NCBI GenBank assembly: GCA_038326735.1
Contig: JBBQKH010000004.1
Coordinates: forward strand, 6,696-70,695
Source of the DNA: Cyanobacteriota bacterium
GTDB lineage: Bacteria; Cyanobacteriota; Cyanobacteriia; JARCMD01
Direction of reading: 5' to 3'
DNA: 64,000 nt
Made by a program: the position numbers and the translations under genes. The notes below the pieces were generated by a model that saw nothing but the letters and a program-made list of their open reading frames with translations, did no database searches and was not told where the DNA came from. The first letter of the stretch is position 1; every line of letters starts with the position of its first letter. Positions 26,941 through 37,240 of the stretch are shown here, piece after piece.

Positions 26941-27933
26941 ATGACCCCTGATTTGAGCGATTTAGATTCTGGCACTTCAGATGCGGGGGGTTTCATGCCC
27001 TATGTTTCGGTCATTGTCCCGGTTTACAACGGGGAAGCCGATTTGCCTGGCTTGATTCAGTGTCTACTGACTCAAACCTACCCCGCGCCGCAGGTGGAAT
27101 ATCTGTTAGTGGATAATGCTAGCCGCGATCGAACTCTGGAAATGGTGCAAGCTGCGGCGATCGATGCCCGTGCCAAGGGCATCACGCTCCACGCCCTTAG
27201 CGAAGCCCAAATCCAAAGCTCCTACGCCGCGCGTAACCGAGGCATTCGCACCGCAAAGGGGGAAATTCTCGCCTTTACCGATGCCGATTGTCGGCCCCAA
27301 CCCAACTGGCTCCAGGCATTGGTGCAGCCCTTTACCGATGCTGCTGTGGGACTGGTGGCGGGAGAAGTGGCTGCCCTGCCAGGAACAACCTTGCTGGAAC
27401 AATTCGCCGATCGCACCGACACGCTGTCGCAGAAACACACCCTAGCCCATCCCTTTTGTCCCTATGGGCAAACGGCAAATCTGGCCATTCGTCGGGCGGC
27501 CTTGCAAACCGTCGGATTGTTTCGCCCCCACCTCACGACGGGCGGCGATGCCGATATTTGTTGGCGCATCCTAAAACAAACCGCCTGGACAATCCACTTT
27601 GCGGCTGGGGCGATCGTTCAACACCGCCACCGATCGACCTGGCAAGACCTAGAGAAACAATGGCGCAGGTACGGACAATCGAATCGCTACCTTCACGAAT
27701 TACATGGAGTTAACCTCACCCCCGACCTAACGCAACGAGACTCCTTATATCGCTGGAGTCGCTGGCTGCTCAAGGAACTGCCGATCGCCAGTACCAAGCT
27801 AGTTGCAGGTAAAGCTGGGTTTGTAGATTTAGTTAGCACTCCGATCGGACTAACCTGTGGTCGCGCCAGAGCCACTGGTCAACGAGAGGCAACGCTGCCG
27901 GAAGCCGCACGGGAGATTGAGTGGTTGGAGTGA
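26941..27933 (+). CDS. Glycosyltransferase family 2
   Basis: VSVIVPVYNGE and FTDADC. The start is at 26941 or 26995. Confidence 0.8.
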   Translation: MTPDLSDLDSGTSDAGGFMPYVSVIVPVYNGEADLPGLIQCLLTQTYPAPQVEYLLVDNASRDRTLEMVQAAAIDARAKGITLHALSEAQIQSSYAARNRGIRTAKGEILAFTDADCRPQPNWLQALVQPFTDAAVGLVAGEVAALPGTTLLEQFADRTDTLSQKHTLAHPFCPYGQTANLAIRRAALQTVGLFRPHLTTGGDADICWRILKQTAWTIHFAAGAIVQHRHRSTWQDLEKQWRRYGQSNRYLHELHGVNLTPDLTQRDSLYRWSRWLLKELPIASTKLVAGKAGFVDLVSTPIGLTCGRARATGQREATLPEAAREIEWLE

Positions 27934-28121
27934 GGGAGTAGGGGAGTAGGAAAGGGTGAAGGGGAAAGGGTGAAGGGTGAAGTTAATTGTGTTTAATCAA
28001 ACAGCTTTAAAGGATGTAATTTGTCTACCTATGGCGTAACTTTAGGGCACTTAGAAAAATTTGCCGCTACACTAAGGGGCTTGTTTTCATTTTTAACTAT
28101 GTAATTGCGAGGAGTTTGGAA

Positions 28122-28655
28122 ATGCAGCGTTTAAGGAATCTATTTTTAAGAGTGGGTGGAGTTAGCCTGGCGATCGGGACAAGCGTGATCGGATTGACAC
28201 TCACAACCTCATCCCCTGCCTCGGCCCAAGCGGCCTACGGGAGCTACATCGGTGTGGGCCCCTCCGTTGGGTTAACCCAGGGAGCCGCTGGGGAAGGTCG
28301 CCAAATCTCGGCAGTCATAGCCGCTCGTTACAAACTGCTGGAAGTGCCTATTTCCCTTCGCACCCAGGCGTTGCTCTTCAGTGGCACGACTGCGATCGTT
28401 CCCACCATTTCCTACGACATTCCCCTGAATTGGCAAACCGATGCCTACATTGGCGCAGGATATTCTTTCTCCAATGGAGATCAACCCTCGCCCATTGGGA
28501 ACAAAAATGCGATCGTCCTGCAACCCGGCATCGATTATTCACTCCCTGACAGCAACATCGTCGTCTTTGGCAATGCTCTAATCGCCTTCGATGCCTATCG
28601 CACCGCTGGCGGCACCGCCGTTTCCCTCCAAGGTGGCGTAGGCTTGAGGTTCTAA
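28122..28655 (+). CDS. Small outer-membrane beta-barrel protein
   Basis: Signal peptide ending ASAQA, alternating beta pattern and a C-terminal GLRF. GAGGAG lies 7 nt before the ATG at 28122. Confidence 0.55.
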   Translation: MQRLRNLFLRVGGVSLAIGTSVIGLTLTTSSPASAQAAYGSYIGVGPSVGLTQGAAGEGRQISAVIAARYKLLEVPISLRTQALLFSGTTAIVPTISYDIPLNWQTDAYIGAGYSFSNGDQPSPIGNKNAIVLQPGIDYSLPDSNIVVFGNALIAFDAYRTAGGTAVSLQGGVGLRF

Positions 28656-28712
28656 GCAATCCTTAGGAGTGGGGCACTTAGAGCATTTTTACCTAAAGAA
28701 ATAGAGCTATCT

Positions 28713-29120
28713 ATGTCGATCGATCGCCGTTCCGCTTGCCATCCCCAGTGGACGATCGCTTTTTGCCTCTATTTCGCGCTCCTGATCGCCATCATCGCCT
28801 CCGCCTACCTGCGCCTGATCCCCACTCAACTCAAGACCGTTCCCTTCTACGACACGATCGGTCACTTTGTCCTACTGGGCATCGCTTCCTACCTGGGGCA
28901 TTTGGCGCTGCGCCAACGCACCGTGGTGATTTTGACCTATCCTATTGCCCTATCCCCGCTGCTGATTACCTGTTTGACGACTGTGGAAGAGGCATTACAG
29001 TATTTTTCCTCCAATCGTACCGTTAGCTTTTCTGATTGGGCAGCCAGTGTCTTGGGCGTTTGGTGCTTTTACTGGATTGCCCACCAGCAATTCAAAAGAA
29101 GGGTGCAGAGCGATCGGTGA
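28713..29120 (+). CDS. VanZ-like membrane protein
   Basis: Four predicted TM segments. YDTIGHFVLLG and SDWAASVLGV resemble VanZ motifs. Confidence 0.45.
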   Translation: MSIDRRSACHPQWTIAFCLYFALLIAIIASAYLRLIPTQLKTVPFYDTIGHFVLLGIASYLGHLALRQRTVVILTYPIALSPLLITCLTTVEEALQYFSSNRTVSFSDWAASVLGVWCFYWIAHQQFKRRVQSDR

Positions 29121-29385
29121 GGTGGGACAGAGTGAATTTCTTGAAGCACCTCACCCTTATACCAAATTGTCTCTCTCAAATGGGGGCAGCCGACACAGCC
29201 GATCCTCAGGTTCGACTCTGATGTTCGGCATTGAGGACAGGGCAAGCAGGGCTAAAATAAGAAGATGTCTGAGGCACGAATTATTGCCCGAACTGCCCCC
29301 TGCCCCCCAAATTGGGAGATTCTGAAATTACTCAGATATTCTCTAAAGTCAATTGCTGTACTTTACGCCCTGTGACGATCGCCCT

Positions 29386-30876
29386 ATGACAACTGCCGCT
29401 CCTGCCAAAATTCAGTACGAAGCCGTCATTGGTCTAGAAACCCACTGTCAACTGAGTACCCAAACCAAAATTTTCTCCAGTAGCTCTACGGAATTTGGAG
29501 CCACGCCCAATACCCACATCGATCCCATTTGCCTGGGAATGCCTGGGGTATTGCCCGTGCTGAATGAGAAAGTGTTGGAGTATGCGGTCAAAGCAGGACT
29601 GGCACTGAATTGCACGATCGCCCCCTACAGTAAATTCGATCGCAAACAGTATTTTTATCCTGACCTGCCCAAAAACTACCAAATTTCCCAATACGACTTG
29701 CCGATCGCCGAACACGGTTGGCTAGAAATCGAACTCGTGGGAGCAGATGGCACCCCCAACCGCAAGCGCATTGGCATCACCCGCCTCCACATGGAAGAAG
29801 ATGCGGGGAAACTGGTACATGGCGGTAGCGATCGGCTCTCTGGTTCTACCTATTCTCTCGTGGACTACAACCGCGCCGGAGTGCCGTTGATTGAGATTGT
29901 TTCTGAGCCTGATCTTCGCTCTGGACAGGAAGCCGCCGAATACGCCCAAGAGGTGCGGCGGATTGTGCGGTATTTGGGAGTCAGCGACGGCAACATGCAA
30001 GAAGGCTCCCTGCGCTGCGATGTCAATATCTCGGTGCGGCCCGTAGGACGGGAGCAGTTTGGCACGAAGGTGGAGATCAAAAATATGAACTCCTTCAACG
30101 CCATCCAACGGGCGATCGAGTACGAAATCGATCGGCAAATTCAGGCGATAGAATCTGGGGAACGGATTTTGCAAGAAACGCGGCTGTGGGAAGAGGGAGC
30201 GCAGCGCACCATCAGTATGCGAATTAAGGAAGGGTCGAGCGATTACCGCTATTTTCCTGAACCCGATTTAGTCCCGGTGGAAGTCTCCCCAGCCCAACTC
30301 GATGAGTGGCGATCGGCGCTTCCAGAACTGCCTGCATCCCGCAGGCATCGCTACGAAACCCAATTGGGACTTTCGCCCTACGATGCGCGGGTGCTAACGG
30401 ACGATCGCGCTATTGCTGAATACTTTGAGGCGACGATCGCCCACGCTGCAAACTCCAAGCAAGCCGCCAACCTAATCATGGGCGACATCAGCGGCTACCT
30501 GAACGCGGAAAAGCGCACCATTGGCGACATTGCCCTCACACCCAGCAGCTTGGCTGAGTTGGTGAATTTGATTGAAGACAACACCATCAGCAACAAAATT
30601 GCCAAGGATATCTTGCCAGAACTCCTGATTCAGGGCGGTTCTGCTAAGGAATTGGTGGAACGCAAAGGGTTAATTCAGATTTCAGACACGGGCGCTTTGG
30701 AGGCAGCAATCGATGAAGCGATTACCGCCAATCCCAAGGAGCTAGAACAGTACCGCAACGGCAAAACCAAATTACTTGGCTTTTTCGTCGGGCAAGTCAT
30801 GAAGCAAACGGGCGGCCGGGCTGACCCCAAGCTCACCAACCAACTCTTGCTAGAAAAGCTCAATTCGTTGGCTTAG
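29386..30876 (+). CDS. gatB: Asp/Glu-tRNA amidotransferase subunit B
   Basis: [13 protein letters not shown] and [12 protein letters not shown] prefer the ATG at 29386. Confidence 0.95.
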   Translation: MTTAAPAKIQYEAVIGLETHCQLSTQTKIFSSSSTEFGATPNTHIDPICLGMPGVLPVLNEKVLEYAVKAGLALNCTIAPYSKFDRKQYFYPDLPKNYQISQYDLPIAEHGWLEIELVGADGTPNRKRIGITRLHMEEDAGKLVHGGSDRLSGSTYSLVDYNRAGVPLIEIVSEPDLRSGQEAAEYAQEVRRIVRYLGVSDGNMQEGSLRCDVNISVRPVGREQFGTKVEIKNMNSFNAIQRAIEYEIDRQIQAIESGERILQETRLWEEGAQRTISMRIKEGSSDYRYFPEPDLVPVEVSPAQLDEWRSALPELPASRRHRYETQLGLSPYDARVLTDDRAIAEYFEATIAHAANSKQAANLIMGDISGYLNAEKRTIGDIALTPSSLAELVNLIEDNTISNKIAKDILPELLIQGGSAKELVERKGLIQISDTGALEAAIDEAITANPKELEQYRNGKTKLLGFFVGQVMKQTGGRADPKLTNQLLLEKLNSLA

Positions 30877-30999
30877 GAGCGTTGATTAGAAGATTTCTAG
30901 AAAAGGTTATACCAGGAAAGGTTAGGGCATTCGCGAAGTGCGACAAACCAAAACTAACCGATGGTAAAGGTGATCATACGAGTCACTCCCAAGATAGGG

Positions 31000-31067
31000 G
31001 TAGGGGCGAAGCATTGGGCAGATAACCTCTGCATGGGTCAGAAAATCTTTGCCCCAATGCTTCGCCC
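31000..31067. repeat. Family B hairpin repeat, copy B4
   Basis: Arms are gtaggggcgaagcattggg ... ccccaatgcttcgccct. Confidence 0.75.
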
Positions 31068-31097
31068 TCAGCGCCGCGCCACACCACCCAGAGTTGT

Positions 31098-31187
31098 AAG
31101 GGCGAAGGAAGTCCAGGAAGGGCGAAGCATTGGGGCGATAACGTTTGTATTCATTCAAACTCTTTTGCCCAATGCTTCGCCCCTACA
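31098..31187. repeat. Family B hairpin repeat, copy B5
   Basis: Arms are gggcgaagcattgggg ... cccaatgcttcgcccctac, with a partial extra left arm (gggcgaagg). Confidence 0.7.
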
Positions 31188-31266
31188 GCGGTAACATCTT
31201 TCTCAGAACGTAGGATGGGTTAGCGGTAGCGTCACCCATCGTCGGCAAGGCGGATACTACGAACTA

Positions 31267-32487
31267 CTACCCTTCACCTTTTACGGCATAATTGCGACCG
31301 CGCCATTGGGTGGGCCGTTGTAGCGAAGACAGGAAGATTCGTAGTACAGCTAAGGGATCGGAGAAAGGGGAGAGCCAGAACGTCCACGTTGTAGGGGCAC
31401 GGGTGAAGTCATAGGAGGGCACGATCGCCCACAGGAGCGCCACCCGAATTGCCACCAGGAACCCGTTCAGGGCCAGGGCGGTCATCACCAAACTCGAAGC
31501 CTTGCCCAGTAGCGCCAAACTCAGTAGCCCAGGCAGCACCAGTAGCGGCAACCCCTGAATCGCCAGCAGTAGCCACAGATCTCCCCAGACTTGTCCAGGG
31601 GATGCGGCATCCTTCAAGTCCAGCGATCGGCCCCACTCTTGCCAGGTTTCAGCCGCTCCCTCATACATTCGCACCTGCAACACCTTGGCTCCATCTAAGA
31701 AACCGACCTTTGCCCCCTGAGCTGCTGCGTTACGAGCCAGGGTCACATCGTCACAAAAGGAGCTACGGGCGCTGGTGTAGCCCCCCAGTTGCACCAAAAG
31801 GCTGCGGCGACAGAGGAAACATTGCCCATTGGCCATCACGCGCTCTGCTGGGTTTGTGGTGTCGCCAGCGGAGCCAAAGCGGTAGACCAGGGTCAGCAAC
31901 AGTGAGGGCTGGAGCCAGAGTTCTCCGGGATATTTCAAAATGAATTGGGGCGAGAGGGAAATCAGGTCATATCCTTCGCCGATCGCCGTCTGCAACAAAC
32001 TGGCAACCAACCCCGGCGCGGGTTGGGTATCCGCATCAATTCCTAAAATCCACTCACTCTGTTCAGAGCTATTCAAGAAGCCTGTGTGCAAGGCCCAGGG
32101 TCGCCCAATCCACTCTGGAGGTAAGGGATCGTCGGTGATGAGGCGAAAGCGGGGATCTTTGTGCTGAGCGCATTTCACCAAATCAGGGGTGCCGTCCTGG
32201 GAGCGGGAATCCACGACAATGATCTCTCGGACTTCGTAGCTCTGCTGGGTGAGTCCCTTGAGGCAGGGCAAAATCCGATCGGCTTCATTTAAGGTGGGTA
32301 CAACGATGCTGACCTTACCAATCAGATCTGGGGTGGCAGTCTGCGGCTCTAGCGGGGGGTGGCGGTTGGGCGCTTTCAGGAGGCGAGAGAGCAGAATGGC
32401 TGTGGCAGGAAGTTGCATCACCAACAACCCCAGAGCTAGCCAACCGAATTCAATGGCATCGTAACTCACAAAACTAGGACTAAACAA
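31267..32487 (-). CDS. cruG: Membrane GT2 glycosyltransferase, CruG-like (myxol 2'-O-glycosyltransferase candidate)
   Basis: GT2 core (VSIVVPTLNE, DADT) flanked by TM segments. It lies directly downstream of a CruF-like gene, as with cruF-cruG in Synechococcus PCC 7002. Confidence 0.5.
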   Translation of the reverse strand: MFSPSFVSYDAIEFGWLALGLLVMQLPATAILLSRLLKAPNRHPPLEPQTATPDLIGKVSIVVPTLNEADRILPCLKGLTQQSYEVREIIVVDSRSQDGTPDLVKCAQHKDPRFRLITDDPLPPEWIGRPWALHTGFLNSSEQSEWILGIDADTQPAPGLVASLLQTAIGEGYDLISLSPQFILKYPGELWLQPSLLLTLVYRFGSAGDTTNPAERVMANGQCFLCRRSLLVQLGGYTSARSSFCDDVTLARNAAAQGAKVGFLDGAKVLQVRMYEGAAETWQEWGRSLDLKDAASPGQVWGDLWLLLAIQGLPLLVLPGLLSLALLGKASSLVMTALALNGFLVAIRVALLWAIVPSYDFTRAPTTWTFWLSPFSDPLAVLRIFLSSLQRPTQWRGRNYAVKGEG

Positions 32488-32545
32488 GTTGCACCCATTG
32501 CCGATCGTGGCCCATCACCGATTAATCCTACCAGTCAAATATATT

Positions 32546-33643
32546 CTACGATTTGCTCGAAACTTCTAAGGGAGTTCCCGATCGATCGCCCGCAACCACT
32601 GAAGCCGCGTCAACTGTAGGCTCTGAAACCAAATCCTGCCAAGGATCGGGAGTAATGGAGGCTGAAGCAGAGGGAACTGAGACAACAGGAACTGGGGCGA
32701 TCGACGCTACTCCCGTTGCATCTTTAACCTCAGTCGATAGAGAATCGGCAGGCAGCGCAAAATACCACAGCAAGAAAACAGGCACAACTCCGAGGGAAAG
32801 ACCCAAGGCGATCGGCACAGTGAATCCAGCATTTAAGGTGATTATGGCTCCAAAAGCAAAGTTGATCAGGTAAGTGACGATGGGGACAGTAAGTTGCGAT
32901 CGTTTCAACACAGGAGGATTGCGCCGCCAGAGAAACGCCGCCACCGCCATGAACAGCGCCCCCGTTCCCATCCACCCCGCTAGGTTGCGATAGGGCATCC
33001 CAAAGAACACCCCCGGCTCTTGGAATTGCCAGAATGGAAACTCAGTCTGACTCATCGCTGGGTCGAGTACCAAATCCCAAGCGGTGAGCAACAGTGACCC
33101 CAAAGCAATGCCGCCGATTCGCCGCACAAAATTAATTCCGGCGTTAGCTTTGGCAAAGTTATGCCGTCCATTCAGTCCAGCGTCGGCAATTAGGTACGAC
33201 ACCAAGCCCATGTAAAACCAGGACAGGGGAATCGTGAACGGCACCAAGCCAGCAACTTTGTAGCCCAGCCCGCTCAAGTATTGGTAATGCCCAAAGGGAA
33301 ATCCAGTACTAGTGCCCAACAGTTCGCTGGATAGAGATAGACAAAAGGAGGGCAGCAAGAACGCCAGCCAGCGCCACGCCCCTAAATTCCGATACGCGTA
33401 GATGGAGAGGGCGACTGCACCTAGCACAATGTACGCCACTCCGCCCGTTGTCATTCCCCATCCAAAGAGTGCTTGTCCGGCTGGAGTTAGGGTGGCAATG
33501 AATTGGGGATTGGGAAGCACCAGCAGTAATCCTGCCAGCCCAAACGCCATGGATACAGCGTGGGCAATTAAGAACAGACGTTCAGCAGTCATTAAGGGCT
33601 TTAGGGGGGACTTGGTGGGGTGCTTCACGGGCAATTGCTTCAT
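32546..33643 (-). CDS. cruF: Carotenoid biosynthesis membrane protein, CruF-like (DUF422 family)
   Basis: Polytopic protein. FPFGHYQY and AWDLVLDPAM resemble the DUF422/CruF family. Confidence 0.5.
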   Translation of the reverse strand: MKQLPVKHPTKSPLKPLMTAERLFLIAHAVSMAFGLAGLLLVLPNPQFIATLTPAGQALFGWGMTTGGVAYIVLGAVALSIYAYRNLGAWRWLAFLLPSFCLSLSSELLGTSTGFPFGHYQYLSGLGYKVAGLVPFTIPLSWFYMGLVSYLIADAGLNGRHNFAKANAGINFVRRIGGIALGSLLLTAWDLVLDPAMSQTEFPFWQFQEPGVFFGMPYRNLAGWMGTGALFMAVAAFLWRRNPPVLKRSQLTVPIVTYLINFAFGAIITLNAGFTVPIALGLSLGVVPVFLLWYFALPADSLSTEVKDATGVASIAPVPVVSVPSASASITPDPWQDLVSEPTVDAASVVAGDRSGTPLEVSSKS

Positions 33644-33911
33644 AGGGACTCCTCAAGAAAAACGTGACAACAGACCTCTGCAATCTGAACAAGCAGGCAA
33701 AGAAACGCTAAGAAGTTGAACTAACGTTTATCAGACCGAAGTGTAGCTTCTTAAAAGTTTACAAATGTTTAGGACAGTTTTGTCATGTCTAATTTTGTCA
33801 TCTTAGAGAGGACAATTAGTAATGCAGAGTATTGATAGAGTATCGCAAGACTGAGAGATTAGATTTATTCTGATCACGTAAATATTGCGGTCAGTAATTG
33901 CAGTCAGTGTA

Positions 33912-33990
33912 AGTAGGGCGAAGCATTGAGCAGGAAAGACTTGCCTAATTTATAGAGGATAGAGGCGATCGTCTGAATGCCTTACCTCTA
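33912..33990. repeat. Degenerate family B repeat, copy B6
   Basis: gtagggcgaagcattgag ... ctgaatgccttacctctat. Arms match 13 of 18 positions. Confidence 0.4.
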
Positions 33991-34099
33991 TTAGTGTTCT
34001 GTCAAGAAAATTTTGAGGGGTCGAAGACCCTCAAAATTTAACTCCAACTAACCTCCCAGCTTTCAGCTACCCGTCAATTAATGATTGACAGACTACTAG
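33988..34099. mobile_element. Family E hairpin element, copy E1
   Basis: About 90% identical to the reverse complement of 59681-59769. Ends are ctattagtgttctgtc / gacagactactag. Internal hairpin is aaaattttgagggg-tcgaa-gaccctcaaaattt. Confidence 0.7.
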
Positions 34100-34917
34100 C
34101 GTTTGGCGATGCCGCCGGAGGTGTCGATGTTGAGGAAGGGCAAGGCACCACTGCCGCCTAGCACTGTGGGAAATTTGCCATCCCATTTGTCGATCGCTTG
34201 CTTCTGAAGCAACTCAGAGGTCAGGTTTTCTCGCAGGAGCCGCTGCGCTTCTGCCAGTCCCTTAGCGCGATTAACTTCAGCTTCGGCTTCCTTCGTGGCT
34301 TTCAGCGCCACAAAATCGGCTCGCTTGGCTTCCTGCTCAGCAATTTGCTTGGCTTCCACAGCTTCGCTAAAGCGGGCAGAGAAATGAACATTTACCAGAG
34401 AAATATCATCCACCCCGACGTGATAATTGGCTAGGCGATCGGTTAACGACTCATCTACCCCTGCCTTCACTTCTTCTCGCTTGGTAATAATTTCTTCGGC
34501 GGTGTAGCGGGCCATCACGGCCTTCAATACTTCTTCCACAGCAGGGCTGATGATCCGCTGCAAGACCTGCTCTTCGGTGCCAATTTGCTGAAATACAGCG
34601 TTGGCTTCGTTGGGAATAATGTGCCAGTTGAGAGCTACGTCGGTGAATACGTCCTGGAGATCTTTGGAGGCGGCTTCACCGGGAATTTGATGCTTTTGGA
34701 CGCGGACACTCAATCGCTGAATTGTGGTGACGATCGGCACGATCGCATGTATTCCTTCTCCCAAAACTTGTTCTTGCACCTGCCCAAATTTCATGACTAC
34801 TCCCCGTTCACCCGCATTCACAATCACAAAGGGCTTTAGGAGCGTCAATCCCAGAAGTAACAAGGTTGCCATGACTAGCGCGATCGCGGTGATTCCCGTG
34901 ACAAAGTTGGATTTCAT
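34096..34917 (-). CDS. SPFH/Band 7 (prohibitin-family) protein
   Basis: N-terminal TM, then VNAGERGVVMKFG and an AEAxxxAA-type coiled region. Confidence 0.85.
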   Translation of the reverse strand: MKSNFVTGITAIALVMATLLLLGLTLLKPFVIVNAGERGVVMKFGQVQEQVLGEGIHAIVPIVTTIQRLSVRVQKHQIPGEAASKDLQDVFTDVALNWHIIPNEANAVFQQIGTEEQVLQRIISPAVEEVLKAVMARYTAEEIITKREEVKAGVDESLTDRLANYHVGVDDISLVNVHFSARFSEAVEAKQIAEQEAKRADFVALKATKEAEAEVNRAKGLAEAQRLLRENLTSELLQKQAIDKWDGKFPTVLGGSGALPFLNIDTSGGIAKR

Positions 34918-35126
34918 TTCATTAACCTTGGCGTTTTAGCAGGATAGGATAATTCGTCATTCATTCTTCATTATTCTAGGAGGCTATCCATAAAAAGCTA
35001 GATTGAATGGGAGCAGGTCTACTGAATGGGTTGCAACATTCAGCACCTATCCGTGGACTCACCTTGGTAACGAACGCCTCAGACACGAGCGATGCATTTA
35101 GTAATTTCTTGCGGGGAAATTGACCG

Positions 35127-35966
35127 TTATCTCGGCTGAGTCTGGGACGAATTCGATGGCTCAATGTTGATGAAGGGCAAAGCGCCACTACCACCCATGA
35201 CAGTGGGAAACTTGCCATCCCACTTTTCGATCGCCTGTCTCTGCAACAAGATGGGCGTTAAGGTCTGCTGCTGGAGACGCTGGGCTTCGGCTTGTCCTTT
35301 GGCTTTGTTAATTTCTGCCTCAGCTTCCTTAGCTGCTTTGAGAACCAAAAATGTGGCTTGCTTAGCCTGTTGTTCAGCGACCTGTTTCGCTTCGATCGCT
35401 TTGTTAAACTCTGGCGAGAAAACGAAGTCTACCAGAGACACATCATCCACCACTAGCCCATAGGTTTCCAATCGTTTCGCGAGCTGCGTGTCAATGTCGT
35501 TCTTCAGTTCCGTGCGTTGAACCAGAATTTCTTCGACATTGCGCTTGGCGATCGTTGCCTTCACCACTTCTGAAACGGCTGGATTCAAAATTCGCGTCAC
35601 TACATCACTTTCGGTGCCAATGCGTTGAAACACCCGGTTTGCTTGAGCTGGATCAATGTGCCAATTCACTGCCACCTCGATGTTAACGTCTTGTAAATCT
35701 CTGGAAGCTGCATGGGAGTTAATATCATTCTTCTGCACCCGCACACTGATAGTCTGCACAGAATTGATAATTGGCAGGATGGGGTGAAAGCCCTCGCCTA
35801 GAACGCGATCTTCCACTCGCCCAAACTGCATCAGCACACCCCGCTCTCCCGCATTTACAATGGCAAAGGGCTTATAGGTAATGGCTGCCAGAGCAAAGGT
35901 AACAAGTCCTAGAACATACAGGGTTTTCCGAGATGACCTGATGACGTTCATGTTCATAACATTCAC
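35127..35966 (-). CDS. SPFH/Band 7 (prohibitin-family) protein, paralog
   Basis: Same architecture as 34096-34917 (VNAGERGVLMQFG). Start is GTG at 35966 or ATG at 35957/35951. Confidence 0.85.
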   Translation of the reverse strand: MNVMNMNVIRSSRKTLYVLGLVTFALAAITYKPFAIVNAGERGVLMQFGRVEDRVLGEGFHPILPIINSVQTISVRVQKNDINSHAASRDLQDVNIEVAVNWHIDPAQANRVFQRIGTESDVVTRILNPAVSEVVKATIAKRNVEEILVQRTELKNDIDTQLAKRLETYGLVVDDVSLVDFVFSPEFNKAIEAKQVAEQQAKQATFLVLKAAKEAEAEINKAKGQAEAQRLQQQTLTPILLQRQAIEKWDGKFPTVMGGSGALPFINIEPSNSSQTQPR

Positions 35967-36532
35967 GATGTGCTGATTTCACTCGCAGACGATCGCGACC
36001 GTTGCTCCTTAATATATTGTCGGACTACTCGCAATTGAGACTCCGTGGGCATGGAAGGCGGATGGCATTGCTTTAACCAGTTTAACGCTTCCCAAAGTTC
36101 CAAGTGCTGAGATTGGCAGAGGTAGGCAATGCAAACCGTGGGCGATCGTTCGATGCCAGCCAAGCAATGCACGTAAATGGGGAGTTGATTGTCGATACTG
36201 TGCTGGACAATATCGATCGCTGCCGTTAATTGACTAGATTTAATTTCACTCTTGTAATGGCTGTCGGGCAGGACAAGGCGCAGGCAATGAAAGCTCTGGG
36301 TCACATCCTCTGGCAACACTTCTTCACACTCTGCACACAGAGAGAAAATGACCTTGATGCCCGCTTGAGCCAGTGCCACACTATCCCCCGGTCGGGGCGA
36401 CCCCCCCACAGCCAATTTTCCCGGAATCACCCAAGTGACGACGGTACGTGGTCGCAGGCGATCGGTTCTGGGGGATGCCTTCGGCTTAACTCCCAGCCAT
36501 TGTTGAATTCGTTGGCTAATTCCCAAAAGCAA
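35963..36532 (-). CDS. Dual-specificity (Cys-based) protein phosphatase
   Basis: VHCLAGIERS fits HCx5R(S/T). The stop overlaps or abuts the start of the SPFH gene. Confidence 0.75.
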   Translation of the reverse strand: MLLGISQRIQQWLGVKPKASPRTDRLRPRTVVTWVIPGKLAVGGSPRPGDSVALAQAGIKVIFSLCAECEEVLPEDVTQSFHCLRLVLPDSHYKSEIKSSQLTAAIDIVQHSIDNQLPIYVHCLAGIERSPTVCIAYLCQSQHLELWEALNWLKQCHPPSMPTESQLRVVRQYIKEQRSRSSASEISTS

Positions 36533-37096
36533 ATGATTTACTCGCTGTAAAGTGGCTACCCTCTGAGAAGCTTGAAAGAACTCTTGGAGGATGACTTGCT
36601 AGATTGTACGGGCGATCGTTTCGCTGTTTACCCTAATTTAAGAACTTGAGTTGCATGGCGTTGACCTAACAGTTCAGATCCTCGAATTCTGCAAGAATTT
36701 AGGAATCTTGTTCAGAGGCTTCGTTTGAGCATCCGGGAATCTCGCCAGAGTCTTCGACAGAATCGCAAGCCATAGAACGACAAGCCACAAAACTATAAAT
36801 GCACAAGTACTCCTTATTTAAGGAGACTGAAATCACAACCTGATGAGTTCCCCTATCCTAACCACAATTTGTCAGGTTAGCGTTGCTGATTTGAGCGATC
36901 GGTGCTAACGATCGGCATCTGGATCTGGGGGCATCAAGTAATAAATTTTGTAACGTTAAAATGCTGTTGCTGAGGGCGATTCATCGGCTGCTGAGATTCA
37001 CGGATCGCGATCCAACCACAACGTATATACTTCCCATGAGCGTCCAGCAGCACCGCTCGTGATCCAGATAAATTTGCCTAATTGATTAATATAGAT

Positions 37097-37240
37097 AGGC
37101 AATGTGCAACTTAAAGTCTGCCCTCATCCCCCAGCCCCTTCTCCCCTAGGGAGAAGGGGAGCCGATCTAGGTCTTAGCCCCTCTCCCCTTCTGGGAGAGG
37201 GGTTGGGGTGAGGGCAGTTCGGGAAAGTTGCACATCACCT
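37097..37240. repeat. Family A repeat, copy A6
   Basis: Outer arms are aggcaatgtgcaactt / aagttgcacatcacct. ATAGAT is present on both flanks (37091-37096 and 37241-37246). Confidence 0.8.

Noticed and set aside
29182-29230. tRNA or tmRNA fragment (GGGGGCAG..GGTTCGACTC)
   Set aside because: The T-arm-like segment forms only a 4-bp stem with an 8-nt loop. No acceptor, D or anticodon arms can be drawn, and the region is far too short for tmRNA.
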